This document shows, one piece after another, positions 28,481 to 40,091 of a stretch of 64,000 nt of DNA (its first letter is position 1; each line of letters starts with the position of its first letter). The notes below the pieces were generated by a model. That model saw only the letters and a program-made list of their open reading frames with translations, did not search any database and was not told where the DNA came from. This stretch comes from Raillietiella orientalis (lineage: Eukaryota): NCBI GenBank assembly GCA_036172245.1, contig JAYWIR010000011.1:2976001-3040000 (forward strand), read 5' to 3'. The position numbers were made by a program, and so were the translations under genes.

Positions 28481-30542
28481 TTATCGTCTGAAAAAAATAG
28501 TTTTTTTTTCCAATATAAGTTGTTCATCATGCATCCATAATATTTCACATAAATCATTCAATATTTGTGCTGACTTATGGAAGTTTTCTTCTGAATTAGA
28601 ATACTTATGAGAAGCTATTAATATTGGTATTTGATGTACAATACTAAAATGATACATTTCTGTCATTACAGAAGTGTCAGTGTCAGAATCAGGCCTAAAA
28701 AAATACAAAGTTCTCAAAAGTCTGAATTCAAGAAACGTACAAATGATTCAATTTTACAACTCTCAAGAAGCTAAATACACAAACACGGATTTTATTATGT
28801 ATGTATGATTTCTCTGTAAAATGGTACTGCCACAATATATCAAGCTGAACTTAAGATAGAAATTTAAGACTTTAAGCTGCTTATACTGTGATTATTCAAA
28901 AATACTGAATCACAAAATAATAATAACTGGAAAGTCCGTGGAAGCTTTTTCAAAGTAAACCATTTCTGTCATTAAAAATTGTAGTTCAAAAATCAGCAAT
29001 ATCACAGAATAATGATACTAATACAAGGATGAAAACTTATAGAAACAATGAGGGCAACTAATAACTATTACCTGACTACTGCTAACACATGTGCTATATT
29101 TGAGTGCACCTGCTGATTTTGTTTCACAACAGAATTCATTTCATCAAGACCTCTCTGGCTTGCTTCTACTAAATGCACACAAAGGTCAGCATTCTCTGCA
29201 CAAGACTAACAAAGACAGACATTAACTAATGTTCTGATCATAAAATTATATTTTAGATAAACTGCAAAACAGGCATTTAAGCAATCATGTACTACTTATA
29301 TTAGAACCATATAAATAGTAGAAAGCATAATGATAATATCTTGAAAAGATAATGCTTGATTTTTGTTGATTAAAAACCTAATAAAGATAATAAACAAAAA
29401 ATACATTCTGATATGTCATTCTCTGGGTTGAGAAATTAAAAACACCAGTATAATTATTCATTTTAACAGATACTCATTATAAACATCAACACAAAATTCC
29501 CTAGGAATTGAGAAATATTCTAGGAAATCATTCCTAACATTCAACCACAAAATAATCTGAAAACCTAACCATCCAATGGCTACCATGCAACAAAACAATA
29601 TTTGCATGATGACAGCAACACGTATTAGTTATTCATTTACATTTTACATGTTTTAAGTTACTTCATAAATTCAAAATCATAAGATGCTGAATGCTTTGTA
29701 AAATCAGATGAGATCTAATCCAATTAAAATACATGCTCACATTGTGAATGTATTCATATCTTTTAGAGGCAGCTGTCCCAGCATCCCAGAACTGAAGACT
29801 GAATAAAACTACCTGTTTATTAATTGTAACTGGCCAATGAATATTTAATACTTGTATACCAATAGCTTCTGTTTGTGTTGTCTCTATGCAATTACCTGAC
29901 AACTTATTTATGAACTCCGTTTTTCCAATATCAACATCTCCTACAAAGATAAAGAACCATAAACATATATTTCACTTCTGCCTTTATTCACCTCTTAAAA
30001 ACAACTTATATTGTATTTCACTGATTCCTGGATACTTAATGGGTACATCAAGAAGGCCTGAAATTTCAAACTTATAAAAGCACATCCTGGAATAAGAGGA
30101 AACTCTATTCCCTGCTCAGCATCTTTTCATACGTACTTGTCGCACAAGTACGTATGAAAAAATGGGGAACGCCTTGATATACAAATACCATTATTGGCAA
30201 TTCAGCTGTAAAACCAATCAAAACTTCCAAATCATATGAAGTCCAATTTAGCTTAAGGGTCGTACAAAATACCAATGCTGTTGGAATGTAATAATTAATT
30301 GTAAATACTGTTTGGATGGATACCGCAGATGTAACACATAATGAAAACCGTATTTTTCAAATGAAACTTTTTGAAAACATACCAAATGCTTTTTGCTTAA
30401 AAGCATGCCCAGGTTCAGCTAAGCCATCATAACGAATGTCTTTCAAATAACCTTTCGCTTCTTCTGATTTATACCAATTTCTATCAATGAGCTTTCTATT
30501 TACCCTAAATTCTTGAAACGGGTTAACTGCAGTCTCATTCAT
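28481..30542 (-). CDS. CPLANE2: Ciliogenesis and planar polarity effector 2 (RSG1) small GTPase, 257 aa
   Basis: Exons 30542-30383, 30057-29992, 29940-29741, 29205-29072 and 28694-28481. FGLL..., YKLFLRGDVDIGKT (P-loop), GIQVLNIHWP, LQFWDAG, C-terminal AQILNDLCEILWMHDE, matching RSG1 AHILNGLAEQLWHQDQ. Confidence 0.85.
30124..30160. repeat. Perfect 17-bp inverted repeat (3-nt loop) in CPLANE2 intron 1
   Basis: TTTTCATACGTACTTGT-CGC-ACAAGTACGTATGAAAA. Confidence 0.95.
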
Positions 30543-31699
30543 TATGATTAATACGGAAACACTGCAGAGTTGAAGTTGTACACTTGGATGGATATCTAGC
30601 AGTCAACTGAGTAAAATTCAAACTACATTCTTTATTTAGGCAAATTCTCAAATATGCGACCAACTACAATAGGCAGATCAAGCTCAGGACAATGAACAGC
30701 TATATGATGAAGAACAACATCTGGCAAATTATATTTAATCATTCCTGGCCCAATTCGGTAGATCTTTAACACGAACGATTTAAAAAAGCGCTACGCTTCG
30801 AAACTTCAACGAAAGCAATTCGAATAACAGACATATCAAGGCGTCACCATAAAGAACAAGTATTCCGAGAGATCAAAAGGAATTTCAAAAGCAATTTGAT
30901 CATGAGCTCATAACTTTTAAAATTCATCATAAACAATTAGGTCGTTTATGATTTCATAATTTTTGACCGACTAGTGCTGAAAATAAATTACAAAATCAAT
31001 TCTTCAAAGTCAGTTGTATTATTAAATGAATATCAGAAACAAAAGGAAAAAAATCGAAATTTTAATTCGTGATAATACGCGTTATAGTCAATCACAAGAA
31101 TTCTGCAATATTTGAATCCTATTATCTGGCACTATGCATTCATGACTACTTTTTTCGAATTAGACTTCTAGTAAAGATTAGAATATTTTTATTTTTTTTA
31201 TTATTCCTTCAGATTAGTATCACGCTTTCGGAGAACCAAAAATGTACTTTAATGAACTCCAAGAATTCTTGCATTACACATGATTGATGCTTCTTTTCAT
31301 ACTGAAATACACAGTGACCCTTATTAAGGTATAATAAGCATTTATAAGGATTCTGGAACATGAAATTTTCATGATGAGATATCTTCGAATGCAACTAGAT
31401 GAAATCAGTACCAAACCATCTATACTGATTGGAAATATCAAAGAATTTTGATTTTTAAGTGAAATTTAATGTGGAATTCATTAAAATAGCTCTGCACGCA
31501 TGAAGCCGATTGCAGAGATACTGCTTATATGAGAAGCATAAATGCTGGAGTTTCTGAACTCAAAAAAGCTGTAATTCTTTCGTGGTCTCTGACCTACAAT
31601 AGTGTCTAGTTTTATTTTATTTTTTTTCCAATCTAGGCCAGTTTGCTAGAAGCCCCAGATTTAAATCAAACTGATGATGGACAACAGTGAATACGACAG

Positions 31700-33750
31700 A
31701 GATAGAAGTCGTCAATACCTACAAAATCAAATAATAGAAGGAAAATAGGTACCGGTAAGGCATGATCTTGAGTCGGAAATAAATAACCTTCTTCATGAGA
31801 AACAATCTGGAAGCAGGTCTTTCTAGTAATTGGCAGGAAAGCTAATCATTTCTATTTCTGGCACAAAATGAAATGCTATCATTAAGATTAGTGTGTATCA
31901 AGAAATAATATCACTTTGCCATCAGCAAAGTGGTCTTACTGAGGACGCCAACACATAGTGGAGATTAGAAATTCAGAATATTTACCGAAGAGAGAAGTTG
32001 AGCAAGAAAGAATCTTTCAAGTCCTTTTGTAAAATGAGTCGCACAAAGAATCCATCCAATCTCGTTTTCATCACTGAACGTTCATCAGGAAAGATTTAAT
32101 GGCACTGACTGATTTTCAGAATTTCAAAAAGGAATTTTATTATCACAGCGTTCAGTTTGGTTATGACTTGAAAGTTTGTGCCATTCTAATTACAGCCACT
32201 GAACATTCTCCTATGCTATTTGGAAACACTTAGAGAGCAGCGTAAAAATTTTGGAAAAAGTCATTCGTTATTTATTGCAGAGTTATACACTCATTATATG
32301 TCTTTCAGGCCACCTCGATGCAAGTGTCTATGATGTCTAGCTTAAGTTTGTTTTCACACATGCCTGAATTTATCTGGAGATCGGATTTCAAGCTCCGAGT
32401 ACAGATCTGTTTGGAAAGGCGAATCGGTCCTTGTGTGTTCTCTGATATGGGTTCGAGGAATGCTGTTATCCAGGAGATTACGTTTTCCAGTTTCTTTTAG
32501 CGTTGTTTCTAGGTCTTCAAAACAAATAAGGACTCTTCAGCAGTATAAGTGCGAGCTCAGAGGTCATCATGTTTGTTTTCTCCAAGTATTCTGAGTTTGT
32601 TGACAGACATGTACTCAGTTAGCACACATATTTACATTCGTTTTTTTATTTAGACAAGAAATACTTACAGATTAGAAACAAATCCAGAACGACTCAAAAG
32701 ATCTTGCAGATTACCTCTCGTTCATAGAAGATTTGAAAGATATCTGCCGGCAGAATAATGACACTTTTGGAAGCAATGCAAGCAATGCTGATTATATCGC
32801 ATTATTTTTTATTTTATGTTATTTGTAGTAAAAAAAAAACCTTTCATATATAATTGAAAGCATTGATTTCAATGGATGATGAGGTATTTAAAATCCATGC
32901 AATCTCATGAATGATGAAGAGTGAGGAAAGAAAAGTTTTGAAGATATTAGTTACCAAAGTGAAACAATGAATGCTGTTTTCTTTTCTCTTATTATTTGTG
33001 CTTTAAACTAAGAATATATTGTTTTCCTGATCTCCGATTTAGATAAAGAAGCTAACCGAACGCCTTTTACTAATGGGAAACCACAATCAGATTCCACAGT
33101 CTGATTATCGTGGAAGATTTCATATTCTGCAAAGATGAAAACATTTTTAAATACGTTAATGATGAATTACTCTCAATGAACTTTCTCTGACTTTTTGGAG
33201 CATAGCCTTTATTCGGATCCATTAGCATCATTGAAGGTGATTTGTGTCTCTGCAGAATATCAATCATATGATGGCTATAATTTTGCAGTAAAGATTTTTA
33301 AAGTTTTTTTCCCAAAGTGTACAGATCTTTTTGCAAGACAGTTTAAAAAAAGATGAATTCTTCAAGATATTTGAAAATCTTTACGAATGAGAAAATAGGT
33401 CATGTTAGACTTGTTTGCTAAGTCATGAATTGTAATCATTTCGGTAGTTGCTCTCATAATGTGAACTTTAAGATTTCAAGGCTAGCATCTACCAAGATTC
33501 CAGAGTATCTTCTACACTACTGTACATATGCTTAAAATCTAGTGCCAGACTGTTGTCTCAAAAGTACATACCTTGATAGAATCTTCTTACAAATGGCCTA
33601 ATGAGTTATTTTCTGAAAGAATTTTTGTTTGTATCATGGAACTTCCTGGTAGAGTTAGCCCTCTTTTATGGATCTCAAACTCATAAAGGAATTTCAATTT
33701 TATGTTTTTTGTTATTCCGTCTCAGCAAGTCTTTTACCTGGCTGCATCTT
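31700..33750 (+). mobile_element. Decayed hAT-type transposase remnant between divergently transcribed CPLANE2 and NAA35
   Basis: Scattered frameshifted motifs in hAT order: FRGH-like near 32300, IQND near 32685, and a dimerisation-domain-like RIFLT...SERIF...RV...HK segment at about 33575-33690. Confidence 0.4.
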
Positions 33751-34861
33751 TTCGATAAGAACGAAAGCAATATTGAACATTATAAAATAATGAATGCATG
33801 TATAAGAAATTCATCCTTCATGAAACCATTCTGTGTCCATAAAATAATATGATTTCTACAAACGGCATTCGATCAGAATAAAAAAAAAACAAATGATGCG
33901 AAGTGATGAAATTTATGACTCTTTACAGTTTGCAATCGCCCTCGTGTTTCCCTGGTAGATGGAGTCAATCAAAGAAAAACTATTGATATTCTAATTAAGT
34001 ATGCCTTGAGAATAACCTCGTTCATGCAGTTATGCTGTTAATTGAAAGTTGAGTTCATCTTATTTTGTACAAGTATTTTTAATCAATGCAAATGCCACAG
34101 TTCCTAAAAATTTCTGTTTTTAAGAATATTTTAGAAGTTTTTCAATACTATGCATGTCTGATACGGACAATGATTACTTAATTTATAATTTGCACTGCTA
34201 GATAGCATATAATTACCTATCATTCTGAATTGTGAAAGAAGTTCAGTATCGGAACTTCAATTCTAACTTCCGATGATTAGATGATGTATAAATGTTACTT
34301 TGTAACTAATATTTAATAATTTATAGCACTAACTTAAGTCTACCTTTAGGCAATTGCCTGTTGAAATGTGACACAAATAAACTACACAAAACTCAAAGTA
34401 TCATAAAATAAAGCTAGTTAACCAATTCTAAGTATGACAAAGAATTTAACGAAAGAGATAAATGCCTAAACGATCGAGAAATTATTTTCAAATGTATAAA
34501 TATAATCTTAATTTGTGTTTCTCTTAGAAATGAAAGTAGATCAATTTCTTTGAGTATCCATCGCTAATAAATAAAATGTCATGCATGGTTAGATAACCTT
34601 GAGGCAAAGCAAAATATGCTATGTAATGAAATCGAATGTTGGTAGTCTTGTTTACTTCGTTTGCTAAAGGGTCTTGTGCAGCTGAGAAGTGTGCATGTTT
34701 GTGTGGATCAATTAAAACCATGCCCAATGGATTAAATATGTTGGAGAGAACAGTCAACCGTTGAATTAGTACGCGAGTTGACCAAAGCGGCCGATTATGT
34801 GTTTATTGGATATGAAATAGTAAAATTGTCTGTGCGAAAGTACATATTGGCAGAGTTTGTT

Positions 34862-37762
34862 ATGGGAACTACAAATGCAGTTGAGGCTCAGAAAAGCGAT
34901 GCTGAACATGTTAATGACAGTGATGATGCAAGTAGTATGCTGCATAATTGGATTGATATTACCTCAGAATTTTCTAAAGCATGTGAAGGTAGTACAAGTA
35001 GCAAGTTATATTCTGCAACTGCTTCATATGATTCTTTTTTGAGCTTCTCAGTTGTTTATTTAGAAATACTAATTCTCTTTTGTATCTGGTTATTTATAGA
35101 TCTTGCTCTGGGTGAACTTGTGCACGATGAAACATTTGGATTATTTGAAGCCATGTCTGCAATTGAAATGATGGATCCCAAAATGGATGCTGGGATGATG
35201 GGCCATAAGGAAAATTATAAATCTTTGGATTTTGACTCTGCTTCAAAGGTTCTGTAGTTTTGATATCTAATGATCCATTGCATGGGCTATCAATGCTTTG
35301 GTGGCCCATGCAGGTGTTTTTGTGGAAATTTTTCATATGGATATTATGAAAAATTTTGATTGAATAATATACTTGTTGTGGGTGTAAATGTTCATTGAGA
35401 ATAGCTCTTGGACTAATTACAAGGCTACAGGTTTATTCCTTTCACTAATGCTGAATTTGCATCAGACAGGAAAATTAAAACTAAAAGATTTGACTGCTGC
35501 AGAAAAAATAAGTATCATGGATCATTCTTGGAGCTGTTTAGTGACATGGCTGGAGGGTCATACTTTAGCCCAAACTGTGTTCATAAATTTATATTTTCAT
35601 AAGCCTCATGAAATTCATGATCGCTGTATTAGAGCTTTCAGTTTTGCATTTCTGAAAATGGTAGATTTGATCAGGGAGTTTGTTATCAGGTAATCATGCT
35701 ATAATAAGTGGATGTTATGTTTGTGAGTAGAGCAGGAGTCTATGAAGAAGAGGATTTTCAACCCATGTCTTATGGCTTTAAGTTTGCACAAGACATTCTT
35801 GAGATTAAAGCATGTGCTATGTTAAGGGAAGTTGAAGAAGAGTGTTTTCGAAAACTGAAATCAACTCGTAACAAGCAAGGAGAAGTATGGGATCGAAAGA
35901 CACAGCAATTAGTGAGTTGCTCGATGCTTTAAAGGATTCATTTTTTTGTATCAGCATGAAGATGCTACAGCTCTTCATGCACGCATCAAATTTTTACGCT
36001 TGTTATATCAGACTCTGCTTTCCTTTAATCGCAAGGATTGTGCTGGTGTACCTGATGCTGAACGATTTTTGGTCACGTGTTTAGAGCTGAATGAAGTTAT
36101 GCAGACAACCATCAACAAAGCAGGGGCATCCATTGTTCAAGGAGATAGTCTGTGTGCATATTACATTGGTGACATTATGATGGAATTCATTAGGTATCCA
36201 CTTTCAATTAATGGGTTTTGAGCCCTATGTGAACCAGCGGATGCTTCCTCCCACTTTCCCACGCTACACAAACATTAAAAGTGTTGAAGAGAGCCTAAGT
36301 TATTTAGAAGGATTAATTATTCGTTTACGTAAAGTTTGTGAATTGGTTGATCTCATGCAGTTTCACCAAGCTCTGGTAGGCATCGATTCTTTGGATGGGA
36401 ATAATGTTTGGCATAAGGAGTTTTTTTGGGACTTTGGTCAGAAGCGTCCCTGTGTTCTATCGCGATCCATACCACAGATTCTGTATCTGCCACAAGGAAC
36501 TTGTGTTTTTGGAGTTCTCAGTTTTACTGGTGTCCTCAAGGATGCATGCCGAAACTTCATATGCCCTCCAGCACTATCACCAAAATGTGCTCTGATTAAC
36601 AATCTTCAAGTATGTGAATTATGTTGATTGTAAGTTTTCAATTCTTAAACTTGCATTCCTCAGTGCCGAGAAACTATAGAGACATTTCTTGAGCACTGTG
36701 TGCAGCCTTTTGTCAGCCTTATCCAGATTTGTGGTCATAATCGTGCTCGACAAAGAGACAAGCTGGCTAACTTGTTGGAGGATTTTGCATCATTGCAAGA
36801 AGAGGTAACATACACAGAATAATGTGGTTTGGTAATAAGGAACTCTAGGCAGACAAGTTGGATGCCTTTTTGCACCAAATGGCAATGAAAAGTGACAATC
36901 CGAAACCACATTTGGCTTGCTTCAGCACATGGATTCTGTATCATACCATCAAGATCATGATACAGTATTTACTGATTGGCTTTGAATTAGAGTTGTACAG
37001 TCTGCATGAATACTACTATGTGTATTGGTAAGTTTGTATCACGGGGGATTCAATTTTCGTAGGTATTTGTACGAATTCTTGTATGGTTGGTACATTTCTG
37101 CCTTGAGCCGAGCAGATGCTTTTCTTATGGAACAGGAGCATGTTCAGGATGCTGGACGGGGAAGTAGCAATAGAAAAATGAAAGGAAAAAGAAAGAGAGT
37201 GAGGCCATTCGGAAGAGAAATTGCCACTAGTCAGGGATTACAGAATCTTTGTGCTGGCTTGTATAAGGTTACCATAATGTTGTGAAACATTTTTCAAGGT
37301 TTTGAAGATGTTACTAGGATTACGTTTTGGGAATAGGATTCCAAAACCACGACCAGAATTCAACAACGAGCAGGTTCGTTATGAACATCGATTTCTTCCT
37401 TTTGCCAGGATTGTAACGCCTCCCATGATTCCATACATGCAATTTCAAGAGGCGATTGATCTTTTTCAAATGCAGTGGCAAAATTCAATAGAAGAATGCT
37501 TTTTTTCAGCCTGTAAAAGTTTTCATCAGGCAAAGACTCATTTAGAATCAATTAGCAATCCTTCTTTAGAAGTAGATATCGAATGGCATGCATGAAAAGA
37601 TTTATTATTTCTCTCTCCTTGCAGATTGAGAATATTCTGAAGATTGTGAAAACAAATTTTGTGGTCGCAAAGTTGTTAAGTGGAGGACACAAAAAAGAAT
37701 CTGTTCAAATCCCGTTGTTTGATTTCTCTCTGCATTCTTCATTTCCTGTAATTCGCCTTTAA
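34862..37762 (+). CDS. NAA35: N-alpha-acetyltransferase 35 (MAK10), NatC auxiliary subunit, about 724 aa
   Basis: Twelve exons: 34862-34988, 35100-35248, 35466-35689, 35731-35911, 35955-36147 (or -36153), 36194-36375, 36418-36609, 36664-36804, 36849-37027, 37063-37267, 37308-37571, 37625-37762. Motifs [81 protein letters not shown]. Confidence 0.97.
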
Positions 37763-38399
37763 TCATATCCCGAAGTCGTAAGATCAGATTTTTAATACTT
37801 AGGTATTTCCATATATTGCTGTACATGACTACCTGGTCCAAAACCAATACTGAAAAATAAATGCTTACGTATCTGCAAAAACTGAATGACGCAGTTTCAG
37901 CGATCGGTCATGTAGCTTCGGGTAAGCCTAACATGACATCAAGCATTTCGACTTGTTTGAGTAAGTAGATTCATCCAAACTGGATTTGGAGACGTCTGGG
38001 GAAAAGTTTTCGTTCTATAAGATTGCGCAAGGCAGCCTGCTTTCGAAAGTACACGGAATACGATGTACACGTTTGCACCTGCGTTCGAAAGCAGGTGCCT
38101 GTGTGTATACATCGCATCGCATCGAAATTTATCCTTGGAAATTATGGGCCTGCTTCACTTTTTTTTTCGACGGGAGATGTTGCGATCATGTTCTAGGGAA
38201 ACCCACAACAAGATCTCGTTAATCTTGTTATACCAGTGCTGCTAAGCACAGTTTACATTCCTTTAGACACATGAGGCAGTGAACGATTCCTTTAATAACA
38301 AGCGGGTTATCATCAAAATACGCGACCTTTGTCACCCAGAGGCTTTGTACACTTTGTACATACTTGAGATCCACTTACTATGGATTGATTGCTTCGGCA

Positions 38400-39900
38400 C
38401 TGGAACATTCTGTGAATTCGCGTTCTCATCAGATCCAGCGTTTTGACAACACAGTTCGTAGCTCTCACTATGTTACCAAATAGGATGCTGCTGTCATCTC
38501 TGTTCGTTGGGTACCAACATCAGGATTTGCGTTTAGGTGAGGATCTGAAGTTCAGAGGCTGTTCAGTTTCTGCATTTCATGTTCATGTGCCATTTAAAAC
38601 AATCCTTAAGAATAGGGTTGGGCAGAGCTCGTATCTGAAGTTCTATTTTGAGTGTCAGTTTTTGGCCCCTTGGGAAGTGAACAGTGCTCAGGAGCTCTTG
38701 GAAAAGCGTGGTGTCTACTCTGGGTTTGCAGATGGTGCCCTGCAAGCAGTCATGTAACTTGCTGTAGGCGCCATCGTCCATACTTTTTGCTCTGCTTGCA
38801 CTTTCTTCTTTGTCATTGAGCGATGTGTTCATCATTTCCGCAAGAGACCACTGCTTAGCAACCTTGCTGGCATTCATTGGCTTAACTTTTCCTCCCTGTC
38901 AGTACTTTGCTGGGTCTCAGCTTGCATCTGCGTGAAAGAACACTTTAATGAGTTCAGTTGACTTTGGTTGTTTGTCTGCTGTCCAAAAAGGTTTGAGCAA
39001 TGATTCGCACCTTTCCATCAATCTCTTAAGGTTCCACTTTTTCGTGATGCTTACGATTCGCTCTTGGACTTCGAATGCTGCCACATTTTTTCCTTTCTAG
39101 TTGCCAGGAGGGTACCAAGGAAGATACAGCTTTTTCGAAGGATGCTTGTTACCTCTGATTCTCAAGGAAATTCGAACGCTAAAGCATGTGGTTTCCTTAC
39201 TATTCGTTGTACACTTTTGGGAGTTTCGTAAGTGGATGGGTAACTGATTTTAAGAAAAAAGAGGCATCTCGACAACTATGCTGTGCCATATCCAATCACT
39301 GCTGCGCCTGCTACAGTGTGATTTCCATAATTTGCTCGTACTTGTGGGTAATTGTTCTCTGATGTACAGATACTGCATTTAGAAGCAACGATTGCAGTGC
39401 CATTTAATTTCTTTGCATTGATCAAGGGGGATATTTCCTTAAGAACTCGACTCCGATGAATTCAAATGCACAATAAATGATATCGCAGATCGGAAATTCT
39501 CCAGGGTTCGAGGAAAGCTTGCATTTCTTACGCCTCTTTGATTTGGAGAGACACTGGTTCAACGCACTAGTTGCACCAATGTTCTCTCTTCATCTCTTCT
39601 GTCCATAAAACGCGTTCTGTCCATAAGCAATCACATCATTAAGACATCATGCGCTTCCTTCAGAGTGCACGAGGCCCATGGCCATCCGTTTCTCTCCTTA
39701 TGCAAGAGATAAGCATTCTGGCACGCGGTTTCATGAAACAGGTCTCTGGAATTAGGGATCATTGCGTGTCAGTTGCCAAGGGACCGTTCCCCGAGTTGAG
39801 GACAGCCTTCTGCACAGGTGAGCTCAAGTTTGCAAGCGTGAAAGTCCTCTGTTTCATCCATGTGGGAAACGACCTTAAATGCCCAATTTTTTTATTCGTC
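38400..39900 (-). mobile_element. Decayed Ty1/Copia pol remnant (integrase end to RT start)
   Basis: Minus strand reads KSCIFLG near 39120 (Copia KCIFLGY), followed downstream by STVHFPRGQKLTLKIELQIR (Copia WxLVxLPxGxKxIxxKWVxKxK). The INT-before-RT order fits Copia. Boundaries approximate. Confidence 0.45.
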
Positions 39901-40091
39901 TCATATCGTATTCGTTCTACGGGTCCGATTCTGGAATATCCAAACGAGATTTAGGCCGAATTCTCAGTGTGCGAAGGAGCAGCCGTTGTTTTCCGAGGGC
40001 TACATGTTTTCTGTTTTTATTTTCCCTTCAAGAGACAAGGAAGACTACCGAATCTCAGAAAGGTATCTTCGACCATCATCTTCAGTCGGTT

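Noticed and set aside
28357..28557. Minus-strand ORF that would extend CPLANE2 to within 39 nt of TRIP13
   Set aside because: RSG1 homology is in the other frame ending at 28481, giving the expected length; the extension needs an indel in the A run at about 28501-28509.
38370..38445. CTGATGA-containing segments (here and at about 50470) as hammerhead ribozymes
   Set aside because: No GAAA after a stem II and no closing stems found.
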